Shown: positions 34,112 to 43,783 of the stretch, in pieces
How positions within the stretch are numbered: the first letter of the stretch is position 1
Layout: each line of letters begins with the position of its first letter
Source: a bacterium
GTDB taxonomy: Bacteria; Krumholzibacteriota; Krumholzibacteriia; LZORAL124-64-63
Reading direction: 5' to 3'
Length of the DNA: 64,000 nt
Assembly (NCBI GenBank): GCA_016712675.1
Contig: JADJQR010000011.1
Coordinates: 67,946-131,945 of the forward strand
The notes under the pieces: generated by a model
Databases searched by the model: none
Told to the model about the DNA's origin: nothing
What the model saw: the letters and a program-made list of their open reading frames with translations, nothing else
Position numbers and translations under genes: made by a program

Positions 34112-37100
34112 ATGACGGCACCCGAAAACGCCGGTTCCAACAATACTCAACCGCGCTTGGCCATTTGCACGGCGCTTCCCCACGAACTCGCGGCATGTCA
34201 ATTGATGTTTGACGACCTTGCGGAGGTCAACCCTCCCTGCGCCGACGACGGGAACCAATATTGGTATGGAACCCTGCCCAGCCGTGCGGATGGCTTACCC
34301 CACCCAGTGTTGCTGACCTCGCTGGCTAAGATGGGCAACAACGTCGCGGCGGCAGCCATCACGAATCTCGTTCGAAGCTTCCCGTCTGTCGAGCACGTCC
34401 TCATGGTCGGCATCGCCGGAGGTGTACCCGACCCGCGAAGCCCCGCAAACCATGTTCGGCTCGGGGACGTGGTGGTCAGCAACGAAAAGGGCGTCCTGCA
34501 ATACGACAACGTCAAAATGACACCCGGCGAAATCGAGATTCGCGACACTTCGCAAAAACCGGGCGCCGCCTTGATCGCGGCCGCCAAGGCTTTGGAAGCG
34601 CAACGCATTCTTGGTTTTTATCCTTGGGAGACGCATCTCAAAAGGGCCGAGCAGCACCCAGATTTTCGGCGGCCTGCGTGCAAAACCGACGTACTGCACG
34701 ATCTCCAAGATCAGTCTAAAAAAATCCGACATCCGAAAGACTCCTGGCGGACTCGACATCCGACAAGTCCGAAAATTCATTTGGCGGCTATTGGATCGGC
34801 AAACACCCTTCTCAAGGATGCGGCTCGGCGAGACCAGTTACGAGATGGATACGGCGTTCGGGCCATCGAAATGGAGAGCTCTGGAACGGCGGATGCCGCC
34901 TGGAGCGCAGGACGAAATTACCTGGTGATCCGTGGAATCTGCGATTACTGCGACATCCATAAAAACGATGATTGGCAATACCATGCAGCGCTGGTGGCCG
35001 CCGCCTACGCGCGGGCCTTGATCGAAAACCTCCCCTCTTATCCACCGCACCAAGCTTACGATGCGGGTCTGACCGGATCCCCAGCGCTCGATAAAGCCAA
35101 TGCCCGATCCGTCGTCCGGTCGGCGGAAACCGCCATCGAGCAGCTTCAATCGGAACTCGGCGAGGTTTATGCCGGGCAACTGGAAGCGATCGTCGAACAG
35201 CGAGGCCGTGGCGATTTCGATGCGGCTGAGAACGCGCTCAATTCTGCATTGGCGGAACTGGCAGACAAAAACGTACCCGATCAAGTGAAAGCTCGCTTTT
35301 ACTACCAAGCCGCGCGCTGGTCGCAGGAGGATGGGAAACCGGCTTCGCCGCACGCAAGATATCACCGGTCGGCCATGCGCCTCGACCCGAACTTTGACGA
35401 TCGAACCTATCGCGCGTTCGAAGCGGTCGCGGCCGGGCGCCTCGACGACGCCATCGCTATCTTGCGCCCCTTCGATACGGAATCGGTGGTCCTCAACTTG
35501 TGCCGCCATTTGCTGGATGCCGGGCGATCGCCTGAAGCGGAGGGTTTATTGGAACCCCCGGAGACTCCCCTCACCGATGAAATTCGGCGTCTGCGCGCGC
35601 TGTGTCGTTTGGCGTCGGCCGATCCCGAAGGGGCTTGGCGGATGCTTGAGCCGGCGATGCCCGCTCAAAAGGGCAATCCGCTCTTTCAATTGACGGCGGG
35701 CTATATCGCCTTTTGGCGGGCTATACCCGAAGAACTCCGAAAATCGAAGCTGGGGCCAGCGCTTTTTCAGCCGGGCACCATTTCGCTCGATGCGGAGCGC
35801 GCCCGATGGGCCAGCGAATCCCTCGAATTCTTTCTCGCCGCCCTTGCTCTGGTGCCGGCCCATTCGACGAACGAACTGTGGCGACCCGCCAGGGATGCGG
35901 TCCTCGCCGCGGGCATTCTGCTTCCAGAACACCGCGCCAAAACCGCCGAGAGAGCGAAGTCGTCCCTCGCCCACGATCCCGTCGAATCGGTTCCCGCGTG
36001 GTGTTTGCTCCTGTTGGGAACCGATTACGACTGGACCCGCACGCTCGAAGCCTTGATCGCTATTTGTCGCGAGCCCTATCCCCCGTTGTGGGCCCTGGAT
36101 CTGCTGACCGAACTGCTGCTCAAAACGGGCCAGCCGGAGTCGGCCTGGCAGCATCTGGAAAAATTCCGGTACCGCTACTCGACGGACGACGAAAAAGGTT
36201 GCTGGTTCGAACGCGCGATCCGTTGTCTCGGGCCGCTGGGTCGGCTCGCGGAGTTGGAGCCGAGCCTGGCGGTTTTGGGCGATAGCGTCGATCACCGTCG
36301 CTTGCAGGCCGCTTACTGGAACGCGTGCGGGAACATAGAAAGAACCCTCGTCCTGGCGAAAGGTTTGGCGCGGGAACCCGGCGAGCTGATCGACCACGTG
36401 AATTTGATCCATCTTTACGGCCGGCAGCTGATGTGGAAAGAGGTGACAGCTGCGGCCGACGGTTGCCTGCGCCGGTTCGCGGGCGCGCCCGCCGAAGTCG
36501 CCGACGCCCTTGTCCGCGCCCGGCTGGAGCTAAGCGATCCGGCGGTGGCTTCAGAAATCTTGCAAGCTTACCGATCAGCGTATGAACGCGATGGAATGCT
36601 CGACGATTATCATGCGCGTTGCCTGTCGGTTTACGGGGTTACGGGCGATCACCAAAAAGCGTTCGACGCCAGCGAATTCCTGTGGGCGCGCCACCCCACC
36701 GAGCAGCTGTTGACGCGGCGCGCGCACCTGCAATTTCTTTTGGGCGAGACGCCGAGCGCCTTGGAAATACTGAAACAGGGCTTTGAGCAAGGGTACCAAA
36801 CGCCTGAAATTCTGATAGCCATCGCCCGGCATTGCTTGAGCCAGAGCCGTGAGGAAGCGTTCATGTGGGCGCAGCGAGCCGTTGACCTTTTTCCGGTTGA
36901 TCCGCAAGTCCGCGCCAGTGCCATGGAAATCGCTTTCGATGCCGGTCATGGCGACTGGGCGTCCGCGCAGCTGACCACCCTCACGGAGGATTTCCCCGAT
37001 AGCGGTTTTCTCAAAGCCGTGGACGCGCCGACCGTATTGGAGTGGCTGCGCGCGCAACAAGCCCAAAACGCCACACACGGGCAAGCGTTCGCCGAAGGCC

Positions 37101-40100
37101 GATACCCGTTTCATCTCTGGGTTGACAGCGTGAACGGAAATCTCGGCGCCGAATTCTACTGGCGCTGGCACGTCAACCGAGAACGGCCACCGCGCGCGCG
37201 CGCGTTTTTTCCGTTGGCTTTTGGCGGCCGGCCGGCGACCTCGCAATTCGCCGAGTGGAAAGGCGCCGCGTTGATCATGGATTACACGGCCTGCTTGTCG
37301 GCTCACCTGCTCAAGCTTTACCCGTCTTTGGAAAACGCGCTGGACGAAATTTTCGTCCCGCCCTCTTTGTTCGCGATCGTTCAAACCGAAATCCTGCGTT
37401 TGTCGCAGAGCCAAACCGACCGAATCGAACAGGCCGAGGCGTTGCTTGCCTGGCTGGAAAAAGGCGCTGTTACGCTTCTGCCAGCCCCAGACCTGGAAGC
37501 GGGCGACTTTTCGGGCCTACAGCACGCGGATCGCATCAAATGGCGGTTGGCGGAGCAACGCGATCTGCGGATTGTCGACGATTGTTTCGCGACCGAACTG
37601 TTCCAGACAGGGGAGATCCCCCCCGCGCTCGATGCGTTGCGAATCGCTGAAACGGCTGTCTTGGACGCGCTGCAATCCTCCGGCGATTTAATCCTTGAAG
37701 AGCAAGGAAGCACGAGGCCTTCTGATCGGGTATCGCCGGCCTCGGGCGACGCGAAACTCGAATCGGGGGCCGCTCTCCTCGTTGACCGCCCGTTCTTGGA
37801 GCGACTACTCGATTTAGACGGGCTCGATGCGACGGCCGCTCACTTCAGGCTGTTTTGCATCAGCCATGTTTGCGAACAACTCCGCGACGAAATCGAACAA
37901 GCTCGCCGCCGCGGGAAAATCAGGGCGTGGTTAGAGCGATTGCTCGCCGAGCTCAAGCGTTTGCGGTCAAACGGAAAGCTCAAAACGCTGACCGTTCGGC
38001 ACCCGCCCGACCAATCCGATGCCCATCAGGTTTTGCACCACGAGCTGACAGAACTTTTATCCGGTGCGGAAGATTCAAGCCATCCGGTTTGGATCGACGA
38101 CCGCATGATGAGCAGTCACTCCGCACTTGGCCATCGTTCCCCGATTGTCGGCATCCACGACATCGTGGATCTCCTGCGGGTGCGACGGGCGATCACAGAG
38201 GGAAAGTATCGCGAATGCCATCGGGAGATGATCCGTTCGGGCGTCGGCTGTCGGCTGCCTCCGCCGGACTACCTGCTTGACGAGCTAAAACAGGTTCCGT
38301 TCGATCCAAACGCAGGAGTGTTGGTCGAGAGTTCGGCGCTATCGCGGCTACGCCAAAGCGTGGCGGCGATCTTGGCCTCTGACGCGCTTGGGAAAATGCC
38401 CTTGCGCCCGGGCACAATGTCAGAAGCGATGCAATTCAAACTGGCGTTGCAGCGTTTGATCGACGACGCGATGGCGATGATTTGGCTGGCGGCTGACCTG
38501 GAAGATCGGCGACGCGCCGCGATGGCGGATTGGCTCTTTGAATGCTTTTTTCCAAACGGTGCCCGTTTTGTCAGCTTTGAGGGTTTCGAAAGCGATTTGC
38601 TCAAGGGCCTGGCGTTCGAACACTGCTTTCGAATTTATTTGGGCTGGCGTTTTATGCGGCAACCTCGCGTCGCAAAAGCCTATTATTCTTGGCTCTTTGA
38701 CCGCTTGTGGCCGGCATGGCAAACCCATCCGAACCTGTATGCTTCCGTTTTAGAGCATTTGTCAGAATCCGTTTTTCAACATTTGAAAAATTTCTCTGCG
38801 CGCGCGAACGGCGAGCTATGGGTACAAGCGTTCGTTGATCCCTTGATCCATTTCCCGCCCGACCTGCTCAAAATCATAGTCTTTCATCGAAAGCTCAAAC
38901 CCTTGCTCCAACCTCATTTCACCGTGGGCATGCGGGTTGACGCATTCGACTTGTTTATCCCGAAAAGCCAATGGACCGATCTGCTGAACGCTTGTATCGA
39001 ACAGGAAAAACCGGTATCGATCACGTTAAATGAGCGATCGATCGACGGTGAATTTAGAGCCGGTGGCGGCGTGGGGGATCTCCTGATCCTAGCCGGCGAG
39101 ACGGCGAACGGCGAACGGGTCGAGATCCACTTTCTCGTCCCTTATGCGCGCTTGAACCATCGGTCGGCGCAGCACCGCCTCGCGTGGCTGGGCGATTTGG
39201 AAGATGCCGCGCTTCTGGACCCTGGAGTCGCGGTTCAGTGGCGCGAGGCCCTCGAAGAGCACAAACCGGTTACCGCGATGGAGGCTCTTCGCGAAGCGTG
39301 CGAGCGTTCCCCGAAGTTTTTCTTTGCTCGCGCGGCCTTGGCGCTCACTACACCGAAGTCGGAGACTCTCGATTGGAGCGACGTCCTCCCCGATCGCCGC
39401 GAGATTCTCGACGCGGTAGCGCCTTGCGGCGAGACTGGTGAAGCGGTCACGCATAGCCTCGTTGCCCGCGACGGGTCTATCGCCGAGATCGCGGCATCCG
39501 TCACACCGCTCGCCGTCTTCCCCTGGGGGCCTCCCGACGATCTGGCGACGAAAATTCTGAGCGAGGTTTGTAGCGACACCGCCTGTTCTGAAGCTTTGCG
39601 AAACGTGGTCGAGGATCTTGCCCGCTCCAGCTTCAATCCGGTGGTGTTGGAAAACGTGCTGGCCTTATTCCTCCGAGCGCCTGACGGATTTGATCGAGCG
39701 CCCTTCGACAAACTCGTGCGCAATCTTTTGGCGGTTGCTCCAGAGGCCCCGTATGCGGAGGCATTCGATCTTTATATCGAGTTGCTACATTTGATTTGGA
39801 ACCATTTTCGGCTGATGCCCGAGTTCGGTGACCAAGGCTACGAACAGCGCGTGATTTGGGCCTACACCTACGCTGACAAAATGCTGGAAAATCTGATCGA
39901 TCGAGCATCGGATGTTCGGGGGTGCTTGGCAGGCGCCGCCGGAGCGATCAAGGCAATTAACCGCGAACTCGAAAAGCGAGTGAACCCGTTTGGTGAATAC
40001 GGGCCGGAAGTCGATGCGGATGTCACGCTCCCGTGCGAGGCATCGCGGTGGAGAATCGCGATCGGCGGCACTTTGAGTATCATCAAACGCGACGTCGCGG

Positions 40101-40807
40101 TGATTGACCCCATCCGAAAGAGCGTGCTGGACGCTCTGGAATTGTTTCTGAACGAATTAAATCGACGCGATGTGTTAACGTGGCCTGGAACGGAGTGCTT
40201 CGCGTTGTCGGATTTGCCGGGCGGCCCCAAAAACAGCCCGTTAAACAATCGAGGTTGGGACACCGCTTTGGAGCTTCATGCCCTGCTCTCCGGCCAAAAA
40301 GAGCCTCCCGATACTCAGCTCCACGATGTCTGGTTGGCTGCTCTGGACCAACAGGATCTGGATGTCATCGGCGGCTTTTTTCTTTTCGTAGCCCGCTATC
40401 CTATACCGGCCGACAAACAAAAATCGCTCATCGAAATAGCCGAAAAATGCGTGTGCGATCATGCGTTCAATCCAGGTACAAAACGATTTTATTGGAGCGT
40501 CGCATCTTTGCTCTCATCTTTGACCGATCAAACCATAATGGATTTGCGGGATAGCCTTCTCCAGAGAGCCTTTTCGGCTGTTGACGCGGATCACTCCCTC
40601 TGGATCGATGTCTGCGAATTGGCATTTCGGATCGGCTATCTAAAATCTTCGGAAGAAAGGGTTAACCATTTTTTAGCCACCCTGCAAAAAGTGGCATCAA
40701 TACTGCCGGTCGATTCTAAAGAATATGGAGCTTTCTTGTCTTTCAAGCGGCGCATAGAAGCTCAACTACCGCTGTGGGCCTACCCAAGGTTGTGGAATGT
40801 AGCGTAG
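34112..40807 (+). CDS. giant (2231 aa) protein: N-terminal nucleoside phosphorylase-fold (PNP_UDP_1-like) domain, TPR-like repeats, and a long unassigned C-terminal region
   Basis: Uninterrupted ORF with normal amino-acid composition and GC visibly lower than the backbone. The N-terminal motifs LMVGIAGGVPD, RAIEMESSGTA and VIRGICDYCD match the phosphate-binding, EME and catalytic-Asp motifs of MTA/AMP-nucleosidase-type folds. Residues ~340-1000 are helical-repeat (TPR-like). I found no Walker A. Confidence 0.85.
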   Translation: MTAPENAGSNNTQPRLAICTALPHELAACQLMFDDLAEVNPPCADDGNQYWYGTLPSRADGLPHPVLLTSLAKMGNNVAAAAITNLVRSFPSVEHVLMVGIAGGVPDPRSPANHVRLGDVVVSNEKGVLQYDNVKMTPGEIEIRDTSQKPGAALIAAAKALEAQRILGFYPWETHLKRAEQHPDFRRPACKTDVLHDLQDQSKKIRHPKDSWRTRHPTSPKIHLAAIGSANTLLKDAARRDQLRDGYGVRAIEMESSGTADAAWSAGRNYLVIRGICDYCDIHKNDDWQYHAALVAAAYARALIENLPSYPPHQAYDAGLTGSPALDKANARSVVRSAETAIEQLQSELGEVYAGQLEAIVEQRGRGDFDAAENALNSALAELADKNVPDQVKARFYYQAARWSQEDGKPASPHARYHRSAMRLDPNFDDRTYRAFEAVAAGRLDDAIAILRPFDTESVVLNLCRHLLDAGRSPEAEGLLEPPETPLTDEIRRLRALCRLASADPEGAWRMLEPAMPAQKGNPLFQLTAGYIAFWRAIPEELRKSKLGPALFQPGTISLDAERARWASESLEFFLAALALVPAHSTNELWRPARDAVLAAGILLPEHRAKTAERAKSSLAHDPVESVPAWCLLLLGTDYDWTRTLEALIAICREPYPPLWALDLLTELLLKTGQPESAWQHLEKFRYRYSTDDEKGCWFERAIRCLGPLGRLAELEPSLAVLGDSVDHRRLQAAYWNACGNIERTLVLAKGLAREPGELIDHVNLIHLYGRQLMWKEVTAAADGCLRRFAGAPAEVADALVRARLELSDPAVASEILQAYRSAYERDGMLDDYHARCLSVYGVTGDHQKAFDASEFLWARHPTEQLLTRRAHLQFLLGETPSALEILKQGFEQGYQTPEILIAIARHCLSQSREEAFMWAQRAVDLFPVDPQVRASAMEIAFDAGHGDWASAQLTTLTEDFPDSGFLKAVDAPTVLEWLRAQQAQNATHGQAFAEGRYPFHLWVDSVNGNLGAEFYWRWHVNRERPPRARAFFPLAFGGRPATSQFAEWKGAALIMDYTACLSAHLLKLYPSLENALDEIFVPPSLFAIVQTEILRLSQSQTDRIEQAEALLAWLEKGAVTLLPAPDLEAGDFSGLQHADRIKWRLAEQRDLRIVDDCFATELFQTGEIPPALDALRIAETAVLDALQSSGDLILEEQGSTRPSDRVSPASGDAKLESGAALLVDRPFLERLLDLDGLDATAAHFRLFCISHVCEQLRDEIEQARRRGKIRAWLERLLAELKRLRSNGKLKTLTVRHPPDQSDAHQVLHHELTELLSGAEDSSHPVWIDDRMMSSHSALGHRSPIVGIHDIVDLLRVRRAITEGKYRECHREMIRSGVGCRLPPPDYLLDELKQVPFDPNAGVLVESSALSRLRQSVAAILASDALGKMPLRPGTMSEAMQFKLALQRLIDDAMAMIWLAADLEDRRRAAMADWLFECFFPNGARFVSFEGFESDLLKGLAFEHCFRIYLGWRFMRQPRVAKAYYSWLFDRLWPAWQTHPNLYASVLEHLSESVFQHLKNFSARANGELWVQAFVDPLIHFPPDLLKIIVFHRKLKPLLQPHFTVGMRVDAFDLFIPKSQWTDLLNACIEQEKPVSITLNERSIDGEFRAGGGVGDLLILAGETANGERVEIHFLVPYARLNHRSAQHRLAWLGDLEDAALLDPGVAVQWREALEEHKPVTAMEALREACERSPKFFFARAALALTTPKSETLDWSDVLPDRREILDAVAPCGETGEAVTHSLVARDGSIAEIAASVTPLAVFPWGPPDDLATKILSEVCSDTACSEALRNVVEDLARSSFNPVVLENVLALFLRAPDGFDRAPFDKLVRNLLAVAPEAPYAEAFDLYIELLHLIWNHFRLMPEFGDQGYEQRVIWAYTYADKMLENLIDRASDVRGCLAGAAGAIKAINRELEKRVNPFGEYGPEVDADVTLPCEASRWRIAIGGTLSIIKRDVAVIDPIRKSVLDALELFLNELNRRDVLTWPGTECFALSDLPGGPKNSPLNNRGWDTALELHALLSGQKEPPDTQLHDVWLAALDQQDLDVIGGFFLFVARYPIPADKQKSLIEIAEKCVCDHAFNPGTKRFYWSVASLLSSLTDQTIMDLRDSLLQRAFSAVDADHSLWIDVCELAFRIGYLKSSEERVNHFLATLQKVASILPVDSKEYGAFLSFKRRIEAQLPLWAYPRLWNVA

Positions 40808-40938
40808 CAATCCCGCAAACGGCTGCAAGCGTTCGGTTTGGTAGCCGTCTACCCTGGCCATCCGGACGGCTTGAAGCGCGGCAGCAAAACTGTGGCGAGC
40901 GGCGGCCGTGCGGGGCATCCGTTTGACGGCGGGCAGTC

Positions 40939-41271
40939 ATGCCGGAGCGGACGGTCATCGGATCGGGGGTGATCCGAGTGGACGCCCCGGGCCGACGGCA
41001 GTACAGCGTCGAGTTCAAACGGCGGCTGGTTGAGCTGGCGCTGGAACCGGGGCCGCCGGTGGCGGGGATCGCACTGGCGCACCGGATCAACGCCAACCCG
41101 GCTGGACGCGAGCCAGCGCCCCCTAAAACGGCCGCCGCTCGTCGGCGAAAGGTACACGCATCCTGGGGCAGCGGCGCGCTGCGCAACCGCGTATCGTTTC
41201 CGGCGCGCGACACCGAGCCGAAGCAGTCGCGACTGGCGTCTCGCAGCACCACCACCGGTTGCTACAAATAA
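40939..41271 (+). pseudogene. IS3/IS66-type transposase helper (HTH OrfA) remnant, frameshifted
   Basis: RRQYSVEFKRRLVELALEPGPPVAGIALAHRINAN matches transposase OrfA N-termini. Similarity is lost after INAN and no partner ORF follows. Confidence 0.4.
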
Positions 41272-43040
41272 GCCAACAGACGGTCGAGGCACCGTCGGAT
41301 GAACGCTTCCAACCCGCGATTTCGTTCGATCAACGGCACGAGGCGGGGGGCTAGCGCATAATAGCCGTCGACGAGGCGGCGACCTATCCAAGAGCGACCC
41401 AATGTCCGATCTCGCCACAGTCGCAGCGCGAGGGTTTCGGGAGCCTGCGGCCCGTAGACCGCGGACGCGATAAAACAGTGTTGGGTGTTACAAGCGCGCG
41501 TTGCAGGCGTTGAAGATCTGGCATTGCCGGCAGGTTGATGGGCCGGCGAGGCCACCGGGGCCGGCGGCGGATTTCCTTTCATGGCCCGAAGCGTGGTTTG
41601 ATTCGCGGTGACGCGCGCGCGGGATGATGTCGTCGGCCGAGCGGACATGGCCCGACCGCCGCGCATCTCCCGCAACACTTCCCGATTGGTGTCGGACGGG
41701 AGCGAACCCGCATCCGGCGATCTCGCATCGCCCAACCGAAATAGCGCTTCCGCCTCGGAAATCAAATGAAGCTGGTTCGCGCGAATGATGCTGATCGACA
41801 GGTGCGAATAAAGAAATTTCGGATTTTGATACGGCGGTTCCAGCAGGCCGACCGCGCTGATCCAGCGCCCGATCCAGCCGGCGTCCGGGCGGTGCGCCAG
41901 CGCGGACAACCCCTGATGCCAGATGCTGATTTTGACGATGTGGCCGCGCCAGTGCCCGAAATTTATAAAGACGTAGGGCCTGCCTTGACTCGTCTTCGCT
42001 TGTTTGACCTCCACGATCTTGCCGACCAGCTCGACCCGATCACCGACATAAGGGCGGCATATCGCATAGTGGGCCGCGTTCAGAACGGGGAACGCCGACA
42101 GATAGCGCGCCGGCGCCGCGACCGACCGTGGCGTCGCGACACGCGGAACGTTTTTCCCGGCGAGAAAATCTTCCAGGGTCGGAACGGCCGCGAAATCCGC
42201 TTGGCACACGGCCGCGAAACGCCTCGCGTCATCCGCGCAGTGGGGCTGCCCGAACAGCCGATCAAAAAGATGCGATCGCGCCGGGTCGGCATAATCGTTC
42301 GCCTTGAAAAGCACCGCGTCGCCATCGGATTGGGTTTGACGCCACAGCGCCGGTTGCGTTTCCAGGGCGAGAAGCGCGCAGTGGAGGGCGATGAAGGAAA
42401 AGCGGTCGAGCCGCGCGTCCCAGGCGCCCGCGGCCCGCTGGGGATGCTGGAAATTTCGGTGGCCGAGTTCGGCGCCGCCGAGCGAGGCGAGCGCCTCGAC
42501 AAACATGCCGTCATAATCGATCAGCTGAAGCGAGCGGCCCCCGTCCGATACCATGACGTTTCCGGGTTGGACGTCGCCGTGCGCCAGCCGCTCCGACTCC
42601 AGCAGCGCGGCGAGAGCTCGGAGCGAGGCGCGGACCTGTCGGAGTACATTTTTGTCGGCGTGAAACTCCTCCAAAAACTCGCCCAAGGTTTTCCCGGCCG
42701 CCCACGTCATTTTGACCAGAGGAAACAGGTCGCCATCGACCCGAATGCCGCGCGCTTGAAACTCGAAATCCAGAAAATGCGGGGAACGCAGCGCGCGCAA
42801 GCGACCGGAAATCGCCCGGTAGCGCTGCTCGAGCGCGTGAGATTGTTTGTGAAAACAGCGAACGGCGAATTTTGCCTGCCCGACTTCGAGCGTGTAGGTC
42901 AGCGCGAAGCCCCCGCACAGCGCGAGCGGCAACCCCAAGCCCGTCGTGACGACCGTTCCCCGCCGCAGCTCCGGGTCGATCAGCGCCGTTTGCGGGTGCT
43001 GAAGCGCTTCGTTATATCGCTCGAGCGTCGGGTAGCTCAC
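41262..43040 (-). CDS. Ser/Thr protein kinase of a TerY-type triad, with a C-terminal OB-like region and a Cys-motif tail
   Basis: Kinase motifs FAVRCFHK (VAIK-like), LAHGDVQPGNVMV (HRD-like), IDYDGMF (DFG-like). The tail is CNTQHCFIASAVYGPQAPETLALRLWRDRTL... GTG start. Confidence 0.8.
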   Translation of the reverse strand: MSYPTLERYNEALQHPQTALIDPELRRGTVVTTGLGLPLALCGGFALTYTLEVGQAKFAVRCFHKQSHALEQRYRAISGRLRALRSPHFLDFEFQARGIRVDGDLFPLVKMTWAAGKTLGEFLEEFHADKNVLRQVRASLRALAALLESERLAHGDVQPGNVMVSDGGRSLQLIDYDGMFVEALASLGGAELGHRNFQHPQRAAGAWDARLDRFSFIALHCALLALETQPALWRQTQSDGDAVLFKANDYADPARSHLFDRLFGQPHCADDARRFAAVCQADFAAVPTLEDFLAGKNVPRVATPRSVAAPARYLSAFPVLNAAHYAICRPYVGDRVELVGKIVEVKQAKTSQGRPYVFINFGHWRGHIVKISIWHQGLSALAHRPDAGWIGRWISAVGLLEPPYQNPKFLYSHLSISIIRANQLHLISEAEALFRLGDARSPDAGSLPSDTNREVLREMRGGRAMSARPTTSSRARVTANQTTLRAMKGNPPPAPVASPAHQPAGNARSSTPATRACNTQHCFIASAVYGPQAPETLALRLWRDRTLGRSWIGRRLVDGYYALAPRLVPLIERNRGLEAFIRRCLDRLLAYL

Positions 43041-43773
43041 GTTCGCATCTCTCCACCAGCACCAGCGTGATCAGCGTCGTATCGTCGACTCGCAAGGCTT
43101 TCGTCCGCCGCTCGTCGAGCACCAGGGCTTCAAAATCGGCTGCCCGAGCGATGCCGGCGAGCCTCTCCCAGACGGGCCGGCCTTCTTCCTCACGCCGCAG
43201 CGCCCACTCGCCGAGCGCATCGGTCATGCAAAGCACCACCGGCCTTTCCCGATCCGAGTAGCGCCACGTCCGGTGGTGTCGAATAAAAAAATCGGGCGCG
43301 TTGAAAAAGTCGTTCAGCGCGCCATCCGTGCCGAACAGTTCGGGGCGTCGTTGGAACTCTGCCGCGCGTTCGTAGGGAAACGAGGCGACCCGCTCGTTTC
43401 CGTCCAGCAGCACCGCCAAGCTGTCTCCCACACACACGATATCGACCGTTTCGCGCTCGACGCACTGCTCGACGCCCAGCAGCGTCGCGAAGCTGCCCCG
43501 GTCGAAGGCCGCCTGTCGGGACCAGGACATCCGCCCGCGATCATGGTGGCCGCGATAATCGGTGACGGCCCGATCGAGCCAATCCGCCGTCAGCGCCGGA
43601 TCGCGCACGAAACCGTCCACCAGCCGGTTAGCCCACGTTTTGGAATCAAACGATTCGGAAGCGCCGTCGCTCAACGCCGCCAATCCGATCTCGATCGCCA
43701 GCCGGTAAGCGTCTTCCCCGGCACCCGGATCGGACGGCTCTTTGGCCACCTGACCCGCAAAGCGCGCCTTCAC
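43012..43773 (-). CDS. PP2C-family protein phosphatase
   Basis: GEDAY..., LSDGASES, CVGDSLAVLL and MTDAL resemble PP2C/SpoIIE metal-binding motifs. It sits between the vWA and kinase genes. GTG start at 43773. Confidence 0.65.
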   Translation of the reverse strand: MKARFAGQVAKEPSDPGAGEDAYRLAIEIGLAALSDGASESFDSKTWANRLVDGFVRDPALTADWLDRAVTDYRGHHDRGRMSWSRQAAFDRGSFATLLGVEQCVERETVDIVCVGDSLAVLLDGNERVASFPYERAAEFQRRPELFGTDGALNDFFNAPDFFIRHHRTWRYSDRERPVVLCMTDALGEWALRREEEGRPVWERLAGIARAADFEALVLDERRTKALRVDDTTLITLVLVERCERELPDARAI

Positions 43774-43783
43774 ATCGCGGCCG

